64,000 nt of DNA from Octopus vulgaris. Taxonomy: Eukaryota. The stretch lies in the NCBI GenBank assembly GCA_951406725.2, contig OX597821.1:82274001-82338000 (forward strand). The letters run 5' to 3'. The notes beneath the pieces were generated by a model that was given only the letters and a program-made list of their open reading frames with translations, was not told where the DNA came from and did not search any database. Positions 41,480-54,846 of the stretch are shown here, in pieces. Position 1 is the first letter of the stretch. Every line of letters starts with the position of its first letter. The position numbers and the translations under genes are program-made.

Positions 41480-41770
41480 TGATCACGTGACCGACCAGGC
41501 TATCAGATGTTGCTACACATCGCTGGTCACAATGCGCTTCGCTTTCATATGACTCCACCCTGCTGGCTAAGCAAGCAGGCCAACAGAAGAAAGAGTGAGA
41601 GAAAGTTGCAGTGAAAGAGTACAGCAGGGATCGCCACCACCCCCTGTCGGAGCCTCATGGAGCTTTAGGTGTTTTCGCTCAATAAACACTCACAACACCC
41701 GGTCTGGTAATTGAAACCGCGATCCTACAACCATGAGTCCACTCCCCTAACCACTGGGCCATTGCGCCTC

Positions 41771-41771
<1 letters not shown>
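41480..41771 (-). mobile_element. family C SINE head with an alternative 3' tail
   Basis: Head and body match 14606-14775, then diverge (GCCTGCTTGCTTAGCCAGCAGGGTGG...CACGTGATCACGTG). Confidence 0.7.
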
Positions 41772-41843
<72 letters not shown>

Positions 41844-41850
41844 GTGTATA

Positions 41851-41881
<31 letters not shown>

Positions 41882-41894
41882 GTGTATGTATGTA

Positions 41895-41926
<32 letters not shown>

Positions 41927-42633
41927 CATACACATATATACAGATAGATAGATATGTACAATATGCAGGAGTTATGAGTAGATCAGCGTGGGCTAATTAT
42001 TATCTGATATGTATTATATAATTGATATACCAGTATTATTGCTCCCTTACATTCCTTCAAGCAATGTTATATGATTTGTCAGCCATACATTATCAATGCA
42101 ATTGTAAACCATGGAATAAATGTAATATCAAGAACTCCATTCTTAACTTGTTTTTTATATATACATAAATATATATCACCATCATCATCATCATCATCAT
42201 CATCATCATTATCATTTAATTTCTGTTGTCCATGCTGATGTGCGTTGGATGGTTTGACCAGAGCTGGCAATCTGGGGAGCTGCACAAGATCCAGTCTGAT
42301 TTGGCATGGTTTTTACAGCTGGATGCCTTTCCTAATGCTGACAACTTTACCGAGTGTGCTGGGTGCTTTTACATGGCGCCGCATGGGTGCTTTTACATAG
42401 CGCCACATGGGCACTTTTCCATGACACCACATGAGCAATGCTTCAAAATCCAAATATCAAATCTACTCACAAAACTTTGGTCAGTCCAGGGCCATAGTAG
42501 AAAGCATTTTCCCAAGGTGCCATGCAGTTGCACTGAACCCATAACATGTGGTTGAGAAAGAAGCTTATCAATTTCACAACCATGCCTGTGTTTCACAGCC
42601 TTACTTGTCTCTCATAGCCAAGTATGTACCTCA

Positions 42634-42942
42634 GGTGGAGGCTCATGGCCTAGTGGTTAGCACAGCAGACTCGCAGTCAAGGGATCATGGGTTCGAATCT
42701 CAGACTGGGCAATGTGTGTGTTTATGAGTGAAACACCTAAGCTCCACATGGTTCCGGCAGAAGATAATGGCGAACTTCTGCTGACTCTTTTGCCACAACT
42801 TTCTCTTACTCTTTCCTCCTGCATCTTGCAGCTCGACTGCGATGGACCAGCATCCTGTCCAGGTGGGGAGCCTATATGCCAAAGAAACCGGGAAACTGGC
42901 CCTTATGAGCCAGGCATGGCTCGAGAAGGAACAAACAACAAA
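42634..42942 (+). mobile_element. full-length SINE (family C-like head, different tail) with a 14-bp TSD
   Basis: Perfect TSD AAGTATGTACCTCA at 42620-42633 and 42943-42956. The tail reads GATGGACCAGCATCCTGTCCAGG...ATGAGCC..GGCTCG..(AAC)n. Confidence 0.88.
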
Positions 42943-43506
42943 AAGTATGTACCTCAACCATTCTTGTGCCTCAACCATTCCTGTGTCTCCCAGCTGAACT
43001 TGTGCCTAACAGCCATTCTCATGCCTCACAGTCACGCTTGTGCCTCGTAGCCAAGGTTACACCTCACCGTCATGCCTGCACATACGTGTGTATTATTTTT
43101 GAAACTTGAAATATTTCAGAGGTTACTTATGTAATCAACGAACCAGAAGATTTGTGAGTAATCATTATTCATACGGTGTTCGCACCTTTCAGGGATGTGT
43201 ATTTAATAATTTTGGTGCAGAGATTGATAGAATTGTGATATGAAATGAAACAGCATTACGTGTACATAGAATATCTGCCTAGATGCATACCCATACATAG
43301 ATACATGTGCAGAAGTCAAATGCTAACATCTACAGGTATGTAAACATAACATGCATGAAGAAGGAATTGAAAAACAGATACCCCACATAAACACACATAA
43401 ACACTTGCTATGTGAGCATATTTGAGTAAATATATTAAATTTACACACATACACATACACATATATATGCACACATGCAACACATATACATACACATACT
43501 TACGTA

Positions 43507-43547
<41 letters not shown>

Positions 43548-43914
43548 GTTTGCATAAATACATACACACATGTACATGCAAACTTGCACGCACACACTCT
43601 CTTGTTTCAGATTTGTATATGTGTGTGTATATATATACATATACATCTACACACATGACATAGATATATATATATTTATATGTTGATATATCACCCATCG
43701 CTGTATTGAACAATTACATATGTATAGATATTGTGTATATTCATGAGGATATGTCATATATCTCAATTTCTGGTATATGAATGTATATTTGTACGTATGT
43801 AGACATACATATATTGCAGCCTTTCACACTATTGAACAATTATATATGTATAGATATTAGATGCACTTATGTGGATGTCATATAACTGAATTTGTGCTAC
43901 CTGTACAGTACAGA

Positions 43915-43920
43915 GTAGTA

Positions 43921-43987
<67 letters not shown>

Positions 43988-44019
43988 TAATAATAATAAT
44001 AACAACAACAACAATAATA

Positions 44020-44050
<31 letters not shown>

Positions 44051-44120
44051 GAAGAAGAAGAAGAACAAGAACAAGAAGAAAAAGAACAAGAACAAGAACA
44101 ACAACAACAACAATAATAAT
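43915..44120. repeat. (TAA)n/(GAA)n/(CAA)n compound microsatellite
   Basis: Seen directly in the sequence. Confidence 0.95.
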
Positions 44121-44309
44121 GTGTGTGTGTGCACACGCATATATATATTTCATGTGTTTGGATCAGAGCCCCGCATTGGTTCAACTGTAATATATATGTG
44201 CGTTTATGTGTATCTGTATGATACATGCATATATGTGTTTGTGTGTTTGCATATATGCATATATATATATATTTGTATATATATGTATATATATATGTAT
44301 ATATATATG

Positions 44310-44372
<63 letters not shown>

Positions 44373-46019
44373 TTATATGTATATATACCTATACACGCAC
44401 AAACACATATAAGCATACATATACACTTATGTGTGTGTGTCTGTACACACATACATATGCAGATATATATGTAGACGTACATATATATATATGTGCGAGT
44501 GTGTGCGTGTATGTATTTATGTATCTGTATATACATGGATGCACATGTTTGTGTGTATACATAAATCCATGTAATATTAAACACATGCACATCGTTTTTT
44601 TACTATTTATTATATAGAAGTAAGCATCCATAATGATGCTTACTTCTATATAATTACACTTTATACCATGTTGCATAGATGGCAGCACCTTTCTAAACTT
44701 TCTACCATTTTGCTTATCTTGCTTTTATTTATTCTTACATTTTTCATATTTTTTCCTACCATTTCTTTTGTTTCTTTTCCACCTTTCCTAACCTATTCCA
44801 TCTGGGATTTTTTTCTTCTCCAATATATCACCCTTACCTAAATATTCTAAAATCGCAGAAACACTTCACACATAGAATGTCCCCTGCACCCACCATATAG
44901 CCTTCCCTTCTGTTGCCCCTTTCTCCTCTCTGTTCTTATGCTTTAATATAACTATCATTCTTCCGCTATCCTATCTATACACACACCACACCTAGTTCCT
45001 CAAACACAACATCTTTCATACTTCCACCTACCCACCTCTCTCTCTCTCTCTCCCTCTCTCCCTCTCCTCCACCTTTTTTCTTGTCTTTTCTTCTTTTACT
45101 TATCATTCTCTTTTAACTCAATGCCTGCAAATAACTTCTATCCTCTTCTCTTCCAGTTTCATATTTTTTCCTTCTCCTTTCATTGTTTCCCTGTCTTTCC
45201 TCTTCCTCATGCTTATATCTTTAATGGCTTTTCTCCTTTCTTTTATTCCCCTTTCCTTCATCTTGTCTATCCTAACAAATATCTTGTAGCTTTGATATGA
45301 TTTTTCTTTATATATATGTATATTATATTTCCTCCACCCACCCCACGTTGCGCAGTTTTTGCAAGAAACTGCACAAAACAAAAGAAAAAGGATATGGATA
45401 TATATTTGTTAATGAGTGCAAAATAAAATGTAGCTTATATACCTGAATGCACACCAATAAGAACAAAAGCGTGCATATGCATGCAAATACATATGTATAT
45501 AGTGTTTGTGTGTGCATAAGAAGGCATTTGTCAAGTTTTCCTGTTCATGAAATCAGCAGTTTTAATGAATGTCTATATATATATGTGAGTGTGCATGGAT
45601 AAGCTTGCATGCATATGCATATGTGAATAAGTGTTTGTGTGAGTACATACACACACATACACACAAACACTTAATGTCTTGCTTTCCATTACAAATCATC
45701 ATAAACTGCCTGTTGAGGTCCTTCATCTCACCAACTGCCATGATCCTTCATCTCACCACATGTTGTAGTCCATCAATCAGTCTTTTATCTTACAACCTGC
45801 TACATTCTCACTACCTGCCACAGTCCCTTATCTCAACATCCAGTTTAGTGATTCAGCTTACTGCCTTTCAGAGTCATTCATCTTATCACCTATTGTGGTT
45901 CTTCATCTTAGCAGCTGCTATAGACCTTCATTTCACCATCACTGCTGCAGTCCTTCATCACGCTCTCCACAAGAATTTTTCATCACCTGGCACACATACA
46001 AGAAAAACTAACCAATCTT

Positions 46020-46300
46020 GTTATATAGATACACATTGACAAAAGTAAAGCCACTAAGTTGGCTAAACTTGTATGGAATTTGAAGACCAACTGTACACCA
46101 TATACAACCAGATGGAAAATTGTAGAAAAATTCATGCCGTATGTTAATGGATCTAAGAAATGCAACTTATGCATAGCTGAAAGATCACATATTCATTTTA
46201 GATCTAAGAATTCCATTGCAATATTGGATTCCAGATCTGAAATTTTCAGCAAATGCAAATATATGGACAAATTTCTTTTGGTGAACTGAAAGACATCACC
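46020..46300 (+). mobile_element. Penelope-like element GIY-YIG C-terminal fragment
   Basis: ATKLAKLVWNLK..TRWKIVEK..YVNGSKKCNLCIAE..LDSRSEIFSKCKY. Confidence 0.8.
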
Positions 46301-46843
46301 CTCTCTGAATTAAGCAGCTATCTCACAGATTGGGACCCATCTCCACTGAATTATTCTATAACAACTAGCTTAATTGTGGCTTTACGATCAAAGGAGATAT
46401 AATTCTAATTTTCTTTTTTTTCTTTTTCCTTCCATTTTTGCGTCTATCTTTTCATTTTTTTCTTGAAATTTCTCTTGTACCAGCGTCCTGGTTTGCAAAT
46501 TGAATAGAGCATGAGTTCAGAGCTTGCAGATTATTTGGAGATATTTAGCATGTTATAAAAACTTTCCTAGACCAGCCTCTCCAAGCAAAAAATTATTAGT
46601 AGCTCATATCTTTGTACTACTTACGTTAAATGATATTTAACAACACACACAAACACACACACACACACATACATACACATACACATATATAAATCAACAC
46701 ACACATATATAGAGACATATATATAAAACACACACACAGACACACATATACATACACACATGCATGCACACACATATACACATGCACATACATGCACATA
46801 AATGCATACACACATTTGCACACATACACACAGATACTCACAT

Positions 46844-46903
<60 letters not shown>

Positions 46904-47124
46904 GCACACTCAATATCAGGCATGGGAAACCTTTTTCAAGAAGCAGGTCACATGAGACAAGGCTCATCATCAACCAAGCTACACAACTACTGAGTTTCAA
47001 AGTAAATTTTTATTAAGCATACCATTCAGAAAGTCCAGTGGGACACAGGGAGCCTGTGACTGCTCTATATAATGTATTAAGTTCAGGTCTCAAAAGAATA
47101 ACAAAGGTTAAACTGGCATAATAT

Positions 47125-47440
47125 CATCATCATCATCATTTAGGGTTTGCTTTCCATGCTGGCATGGATTGGATGGTTTGACTGAAACCGGTAAGTTGGA
47201 GAACTGCACCAGGTTCCAACCTGTTTTGGCATGGTTTCCATGGCTGGATGCCCCCTTCTAACACCAACCACTCCAAGAGTGTAATGGGTGCTTTTTACAT
47301 GCCACCAGCATGAGGTGCCAATTACATGGCACTGACATTGGCCACAGCTATGATTTCACTTGAGCTTGATGAGTCTTCTCAAGCACAGCATATCGACAAT
47401 GATCTTGGTCATTTATCACCTATGTGAGGCCCAACGTTCC
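47125..47440 (-). mobile_element. RTE LINE 3'-tail derived repeat (family D)
   Basis: (CAT)n then TTCCATGCTGGCATGG..GCTGGATGCCCC..CCAACCACTCC. Confidence 0.75.
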
Positions 47441-48012
47441 CAAGAATTCAAAGAGAAGTAATGGCTATGTGTATGATAAAGTGTTTGGCTGAATTGTTAA
47501 GCTATTTGGTTCATGATCACATCATATTTTTGTGTCTAACTACCAACCCTGCTGCTTCCATACCAAGGCGTCCAGGCTACCGATGTCCAGAGATGAAATG
47601 TTTATTCAGGCGAAATAAATTATTATTGTTATTTGTTCGGAGAGATCTTGTCCTCGCCTTTTCCTTCCATGAACTATGTATGGACTTGTGAAGCACCCAT
47701 CCAGTGCCAACTCATTTCATACAAGTTCAATTCCTACCAGCTCATTGCGTCCTTCAACAAGACACTTTATTTCATGTTGCACCAATCAAAAGTGAGTTGT
47801 ACCTGTAAGTAATTCAAAGAGCCAGCTGTGTCATGTTCTGTATCATGCTGAATCTCTCTGAGAACCATGTTGGGAGTATGCCCATCTGTAGAATGCTCAG
47901 CCACTTGTACATTAATTTCACAAGCAGGCTGTTGTGTTGATTGGATCAATTGGAACCTATATCGTCATAACTGAAGAAGTGCCAGTTAGTTAGATACCAC
48001 ACTATCACTACC

Positions 48013-48243
48013 TATTTCTTTACTACCCACAAGGGGCTAAACACAGGGAGGACAAACAAGGACAGACAAACAGATTAAGTCAATTATATCGACACCAGTG
48101 CATAACTGGTACTTATTTAATCGACCCCGAAAATGATGAAAGACAAAGTCGACCTCGGCGGAATTTGAACTCACAACGTAACGGCAGACGAAATACCACT
48201 AAGCATTTCATCCGGCGTGCTAACATCTCTGCCAGCTCACCGT
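48013..48243 (-). mobile_element. young family B SINE
   Basis: CpG-rich copy GGTGAGCTGGCAGAGATGTTAGCACGCCGG...GGGTAGTAAAGAAATAG. Confidence 0.85.
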
Positions 48244-48852
48244 CTACCACTACCACTACCATTACCACCACAACCACCACCACCACAATAGATACCACTA
48301 CTACTACTACAATCACCACCACCACCACCACAGTAGATACAACTACTACTACTACCACCACCACAGTCGATACCACTGCTACCACCACTACAACCACCAC
48401 CACCACCACCACCACAATAGATACCACTGCTACCACCACTACAATCACCACCACCATCACAGATACCACACTACCAATCCCTAATTAGATATAACCTCGA
48501 TAGTCCCAATGAAAGTTAAAGGCACCAGATCTCTCTCTTACTCCATCAATCAAATCAATCAGTCAATCACAACTTTAATTGGTTTCTACTGACCCTCTCC
48601 CTACACGCACACACACATCACCACCACCACCACCAATATTACCAACACCACCACCAAACCCACCGACGCAACCAACAATGTTAACGTCTCACTGATGCAA
48701 GTCTCAGCCCTTCTCCCTCCCCTTCTCATTGCTCCCTCCTACGCCATTAAAACTCATTTATTTTCATAAAGGGATCCACCAACAGATTGCAATGTCACTT
48801 CAGGACTACATTAACTTTTTGCTATGTTTATTGTTGTTGTTGTTGTTGATGG

Positions 48853-48908
<56 letters not shown>

Positions 48909-50962
48909 GTGGTGGTGATGGTGGTGGTGGTAGTGATGATGATGAAGCCAATATTATTGTTTTTGATATTGTTGGAGGTGTTGTAGTTGTGAAAAGTGGA
49001 AGAGTTGTTAAAGTGTTAGACACAATGCCACACACACACACACCCTTCCCCCCCCCCCCAATGATATTTATTTCAACCCTCTGTTTTTTCTGACTTCAAA
49101 TTTAACCGATATCAACTCAGCATTTTATCCTTTTGGGGATTGATAAAACAAAAACAAAAAAAAAGAAGAAGTAGCTGTCCAAGTGGGATAGCTCATGGTA
49201 TCCCTTCCATCTCTGAGCATTCTGAGCTCAAGGCCAACCCTATCACCAAAATACGATGAACAGGCAGCATCAGTAATTTGAAAAACCAATGGAAACATAT
49301 GATATTTGATAACATAAAAGATAAATGAAGATATTAGATATCAGCCTCTCATTTCAGCAGCACATATTCAGGAAAAAATGTCTTTAGTGCATTAAAGCCG
49401 ATGGGAGGCCCAACTTTGGATACAGGACCTGAGGTAAAATTTTGAAACTTTTTCCTTTGAAAAATAGTGTCCTATTTTCCATGAAAAATAGTTTTCTATT
49501 TGCTATGGAAAATAGTGTGTCCTATATGCCATCAAATTTTGTCGTTCCCTAGTTTCCATTGGTTTCATCAGAAGGTTGACTGCCACCACCACCACCACCA
49601 CCACCAACACTACATCGCCACTATTGTTGTCCCTGATGGTGGAGGCACATGGTTTAGTGGTTAGAGTATTCGGCTCACACTCATAAGGTTGTGAGTTCAA
49701 TTCCAAGCCATGTGTAATGTCCTTGAGCAAAAAACTTCATTTCATGTTGCTCTAGTCCACTAAGCTGGCAAAATATAGGGGTATCTGTAATTCAAAGGTC
49801 CAGCCTTAGCACATTCTGTGTCACACTGAATCATCATCATCATCATCATCATCATTTAACGTCTGCTTTCCATGCTGGCATGGGTTGGACTTATTAACCA
49901 AGGACTGGCAAGCCAGAAGGCTGCACCAGAGTCTAATCTGATCTGGCAAGGTTTCTACAGCTAGATGCCCTTCCTAATGCCAACTGCTCTGAGAGCGTTG
50001 TGGTGCTTTATATGTGCCACTGACACGGGGGTGCCAGTCAAGCAGTACTGGCATCGACCATGCTCGAATGATACTTTTTACATGCCACCAACACAGGACC
50101 CTCCCTGAGAATTGTATTGAGGGAATGCATGTCTGTGGAATGCTCAGCCACTTGCACATTAATTTTACATACAAGTTATTCCATTGACTGGATCAAATGG
50201 AACCTTTGTCATCGCAACTGACCAAGTACCAGTTTTTGCTCTTGATGACAGTATTAATAATGGTCTTTTAGTAGTGCTATTGTTGATGATATTTAACAAA
50301 TCAGTCAATGTATTTATGTCATTCTTAAAGGCAATGGCTAACTGAACTAGTAGAGCATCAGACAAAATGGCTTGCAGTATTTCATTTATTTTATTTTTCC
50401 TGAGTTCAAATCCTGTTGGGGTTGACTTCGCCTTTTGTTGTCCTTCTATTTTTATTTAGCCATTTTTGATACACACCTGGTTCAAGGCATTAGCATGACA
50501 TTGCCAAATTATCAATGCTTTTTTTTCTTCTCCCTACCTGTTTATGCTTGCCTGTCATAAGCGGCACATGATGCTCCCATGTTTAGGCCACAGTGGGTAC
50601 TTCAGTGGAATTCGAACTCAGAACGCAAAGCGCGTAAACAGAGACACTGCAAAGTATCTTATCCATTGCTTCAACATTTTCACTGGTACTTTATTTCATC
50701 AATATTGAAAAGACGAAAAGCAAAGTTGACCTTGATGGAATTTGAACTCTGAATGATTAAATACTAACAAGTCAAATACAGTGAGTCACTTAAATTCAAC
50801 TGAACCCATCTCCTTGTAAATATGAGGCTTTGTGCCTACGTTAGAAACCATTTATTGTTCAAGATACAAGGCATTTTATCCAGTGCTACAATGACTCAGT
50901 TAATTCACTCTGCTAGAAATAACAGCTAAATCTCCATTAGTCTCACATTGTATCATCTTTAA

Positions 50963-51182
50963 ACCTTTAGCATTCAAGCTGGTCATATCTGACCTAAATA
51001 TTCTACCTGTTTTATGTTCAAACCAGCCAGATCCAGCCTCTCACACCTATACTATAATGTCCTACTAAAAATAAACAATCACATCATCAAAATGCTGATG
51101 TCACAGGATAAAGCATGATTAATTCAAAACAATGTGAATGAATAAGCATTATACCTGACAGAGTAATCTGAACACTAAAGAG
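50963..51182. mobile_element. piggyBac-type MITE (same family as 22436-22646, inverted)
   Basis: TTAA|ACCTTTAGCATT ... GACAGAGTAATCTGAACACTAAAGAG. Confidence 0.7.
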
Positions 51183-51835
51183 TAAATAAAGAAACGGCAC
51201 ATTGAATAATGTAGTTTTAGATACATTGAGGATAAAATGAAAAAAAGAGATACGATGGTCACAAATGGAATTTCTTTGATCATAGGTCTGTTTGATGAAA
51301 GCTGACCTGAAGTTAAACAACATCAGTAAACATCTCATATTAATTTGATTTTTAAAACCCATGTCATCAACACAGCAAAGTACATAATAGCAGTGATCTA
51401 TTTTCATTGCAAGTCACATAAGTAAATATTATCTCATAGCAGTTACAAGCCCTTAATTATATTTAAATGCACCCTAAATACTTAAATACACATCTGAAAT
51501 AAAAGGCTTCCCTCTGTATCACTGAAACATTAGATCAAACTAACCTGATACCATTTACTATGTCTCCAGCTCATTGTCATCAAGTTACATCCTCCTTTTG
51601 TCTCTTCTCTCATGACCATCACTCTCATATCCACCACCACCACCAACACTATACTCAGCTCATCTGCATCCACCTACCTTTTTCTCTTTCCCAACACCAA
51701 GTCTGTGTCATATTTCCTGCTCAGTTAGTATTGTGTAACCTGGTTCATTGACTGAAAAGTCAGTTTAACTTTTTTATTTCCTTTTTTATATCATTTATTG
51801 CAACCACATAGCTTTGGGGTTCAGTCCTATTGCAT

Positions 51836-52153
51836 GGAAGTGCATGGCTCTGAGGTTAGAGTATTTAACTCACAAACGTAAGGTTTAGAGTTTGATAACT
51901 GGCAGCACCTTGTATCCTTGGGCAAGACACTTTATTTCATGTTGCTCCAGTTCACTAAGTGAGCAAAAATGAGTAGTATCTATATTTCAAAGGGCCAGCC
52001 TTGTCACATTCTGTGTCATGCTGAATCTCCCTGAGAACTACATTAAAGGTGCACAGGTCTGTGGAGTGCTCAGCCACTTGCACCTCTATTTCAGGAGCAG
52101 GTTGTTCTGTTGATTAGATCATCTGGAGCACTTGTCATAACCAACGGAGTGCT
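51836..52153 (+). mobile_element. SINE (V-domain-like core, family C tail) nested in a family A SINE head
   Basis: Imperfect TSD AGTCCTATTGCAT / AGTCCTACTGTGT. The host SINE resumes at 52154. Confidence 0.75.
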
Positions 52154-52204
52154 AGTCCTACTGTGTGACACCTTGACAAAGTGTCTTCTGCTATAGCCCT
52201 GGGC

Positions 52205-52368
52205 CACTAGCATAGCTAAAGTGTGTGCTGCCCAGGGTGGTCCTTCTATTTGCCACTCCTGAACCCTACAAAAAACACATATTGCCTACAGCAGACCCAA
52301 AAGTGGCACCCCTTTAAAAGAGCTGACCAGGGAGGACCGCTCCTAAAGTGCCCCCAGCTATGCTAGTG
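52205..52368. mobile_element. hAT-type MITE (164 bp) with an 8-bp TSD
   Basis: Perfect 13-bp TIR CACTAGCATAGCT / AGCTATGCTAGTG. TSD CCCTGGGC / CTCTGGGC. It interrupts a family A SINE. Confidence 0.88.
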
Positions 52369-52425
52369 CTCTGGGCTGAATAATGCCTTGTGAGTGAATT
52401 TGGTAGATGAGAACTGTGTGAAAGC

Positions 52426-52509
<84 letters not shown>

Positions 52510-53529
52510 ATGCGCATGTATCTTGGTGTTTGTCCTTCCACCACTTGACAACTGGGTATGATTCTTTTGCCAAAATCCTTCAAAGCAGTGCTCCAGCATG
52601 GCCACAGTCCAACAAGTGAAATATGGAAGATAAAAGCATCGAATGCCCTGAGTTATTTGTTCTTGCTTATTTTACTTCCACTTCAAATCCCGCAGTAGTC
52701 AACTTTGCCTTACATCCTTTTAGGAGTGCTCAAGTAAAGACCTGGTTGAGGGCAATCGATTGATTGGCAGAAAAGTTCTAGTGTTGGAGAAAATGCTTTA
52801 TCGGATTTATTCCAGCTCTTCATATTTTGTGTGCCCAGGTAGACATGGTCATTTTTGTCTATACAACATCTAGTTGACCAACTTATGTTATGTAAAAGCA
52901 TCGGAGATCGTAAAGTAGTTTTCCATTGCTTTCATGAAAGAAAGCAATAAGAAACCAGCCGATCCATGCAGGCATAGAAAAATGGACGTTAAATAAGGAA
53001 AAAGATGATGATGATGATGATGATGAAAACAATGACAATGACGACGATGACAATGATGACAGCGATAACGACCATGACCACCACCACAACCACGGCCATG
53101 ACCACAACAACCATGACCATGACATCGACAACAATGGTGATGAAATCTTCGACTCGTTTGGAAGAAAAGGAGAAGCTGTGGCATGCACACCTTTCCGACG
53201 CATGGCAAATAAAGGGAAATAGCAACAACTCTAAATGAAAACTAGATCACAATGTCTGCTACCAGGAACTAGTTTCCACTTCTCTTTGTTCAGTTTCAAG
53301 AATTCTAACTAACCTTGTTCCCAATATGTCCTTTTTAGACAATAATCCACTAAAACTGACCCCCCCCCCTAAGGTCCCAGGTATGTTCCATTACTAAATC
53401 AAAATTTTGATTCAAATTTTAATTCTGCTGATGCCAATCTAATCATCCCAGACACAAACAAGAATAGAACTCATGTGGTTATGAGCTTACTTCACTTTTT
53501 AACCATCAAATTAAACCAAATAGCAAATG

Positions 53530-53655
53530 TTCCACATGGTTCCGGGTTCAGTCCCACTGCATGGCACCTTGGGGAAGTGTCTTCTACTATAGCCTCAGGC
53601 TGACCAAAGCCTTGTGAGTGGATTTGGTAGACGGAAACTGAAAGAAGCCCGTTGT
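53530..53655 (+). mobile_element. family A SINE 5' half
   Basis: CCACATGGTTCCGGGTTCAGTCCCACTGC..GAAACTGAAAGAAGCCCG. Confidence 0.85.
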
Positions 53656-53656
53656 A

Positions 53657-53688
<32 letters not shown>

Positions 53689-54115
53689 CACGCGTTTCAA
53701 CCATTGTGTTCAACCATTGATAAATTTATCGCCTGTGAATATGAAATTCCTCTTCATTTCTCTGGAAATTTACATCTACACCATTGGAAATTGTGCATCT
53801 ATACAAAGGATTAATTCACCCTCTCTGTAATGCTAATAAGCAGGAATTGAGACCCACCTCGTTGTGATTAACAATGGATAAATTTGTCGTCTGTGAGTAT
53901 GTAATCCCTCATCATATCTCTGGAAATTCATATGTGCACTATGGATTAGGTCACCTCCTCTGTGATGCTGTTAAAACTTTTTTAAAATTCTGTGATAAGA
54001 CTGTACATCATCTTTAAAGAACTTTAATGAACTTTGGAAATCTGTTTATGTTACTTAATTATCTACTTCATGAGTATAGCCTCAACCAATAGGATGTCTA
54101 GAGAACTCACATGTA

Positions 54116-54206
54116 TTTTAGCTGATGAGTACAGGACACGTTTATATGCTGTAATTTTTGCAACTTTTAATAAAGCCTGTCCTTGTATGAAACGATTGTA
54201 CTAAAA
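54116..54206 (+). ncRNA. minimal type I hammerhead ribozyme motif, core intact
   Basis: Stem I TTTTAG/CTAAAA; CTGATGA; stem II GTACAGGACA/TGTCCTTGTAT; GAAAC-GATT-GTA. Predicted cleavage after 54200. Confidence 0.75.
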
Positions 54207-54371
54207 ACCTATCCATTCTTGTTGCTTCTTTCTCGCTTATAATCACCCCACATTATTGTATTGTTAAAACGGTATAGTTTTTTTTTGGTGCATCTAAGTT
54301 AGGTACCATATTCAAGTAAATTCATTTAAATTAACTTGAATCTTTATTGCTTTTTGAATATATATATATAC

Positions 54372-54422
<51 letters not shown>

Positions 54423-54433
<11 letters not shown>

Positions 54434-54665
54434 ATGTGTGTATATGTTTGTGTGTCTGTGTTTGTCCCCTCCAACATTGCTTGACAACCGATGCTGGTGT
54501 GTTTACGTCCCCGTCACTTAGCGGTTCGGCAAAAGAGACCTATAGAATAAGTACTGGGCTTACAAAGAATAAGTTCCGAGGTCGATTTCCTCGACTAAAG
54601 GCGGTGCTCCAGCATGGCCGCAGTCAAATGACTGAAACAAGTAAAAGAGTAAAAGAGTAAAGAGT
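54423..54665 (+). mobile_element. family A SINE 3' half
   Basis: TTGCTTGACAACCGATGCTGGTG...GACTGAAACAAGTAAAAGAGT. Confidence 0.88.
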
Positions 54666-54846
54666 ATATATATATATATCATCATCATCATCATCATCAT
54701 TTAGCGTCCGCTTTCCATGCTAGCATGGGTTGGACGGGTCAACTGGGGTCTGTGAAGCTGGAAGGCTTCGTCAGGCCCAGTCAGATCTGGCAGTGTTTCT
54801 ACGGCTGGATGCCCTTCCTAACGCCAACCACTCCGCGAGTGTAGTG

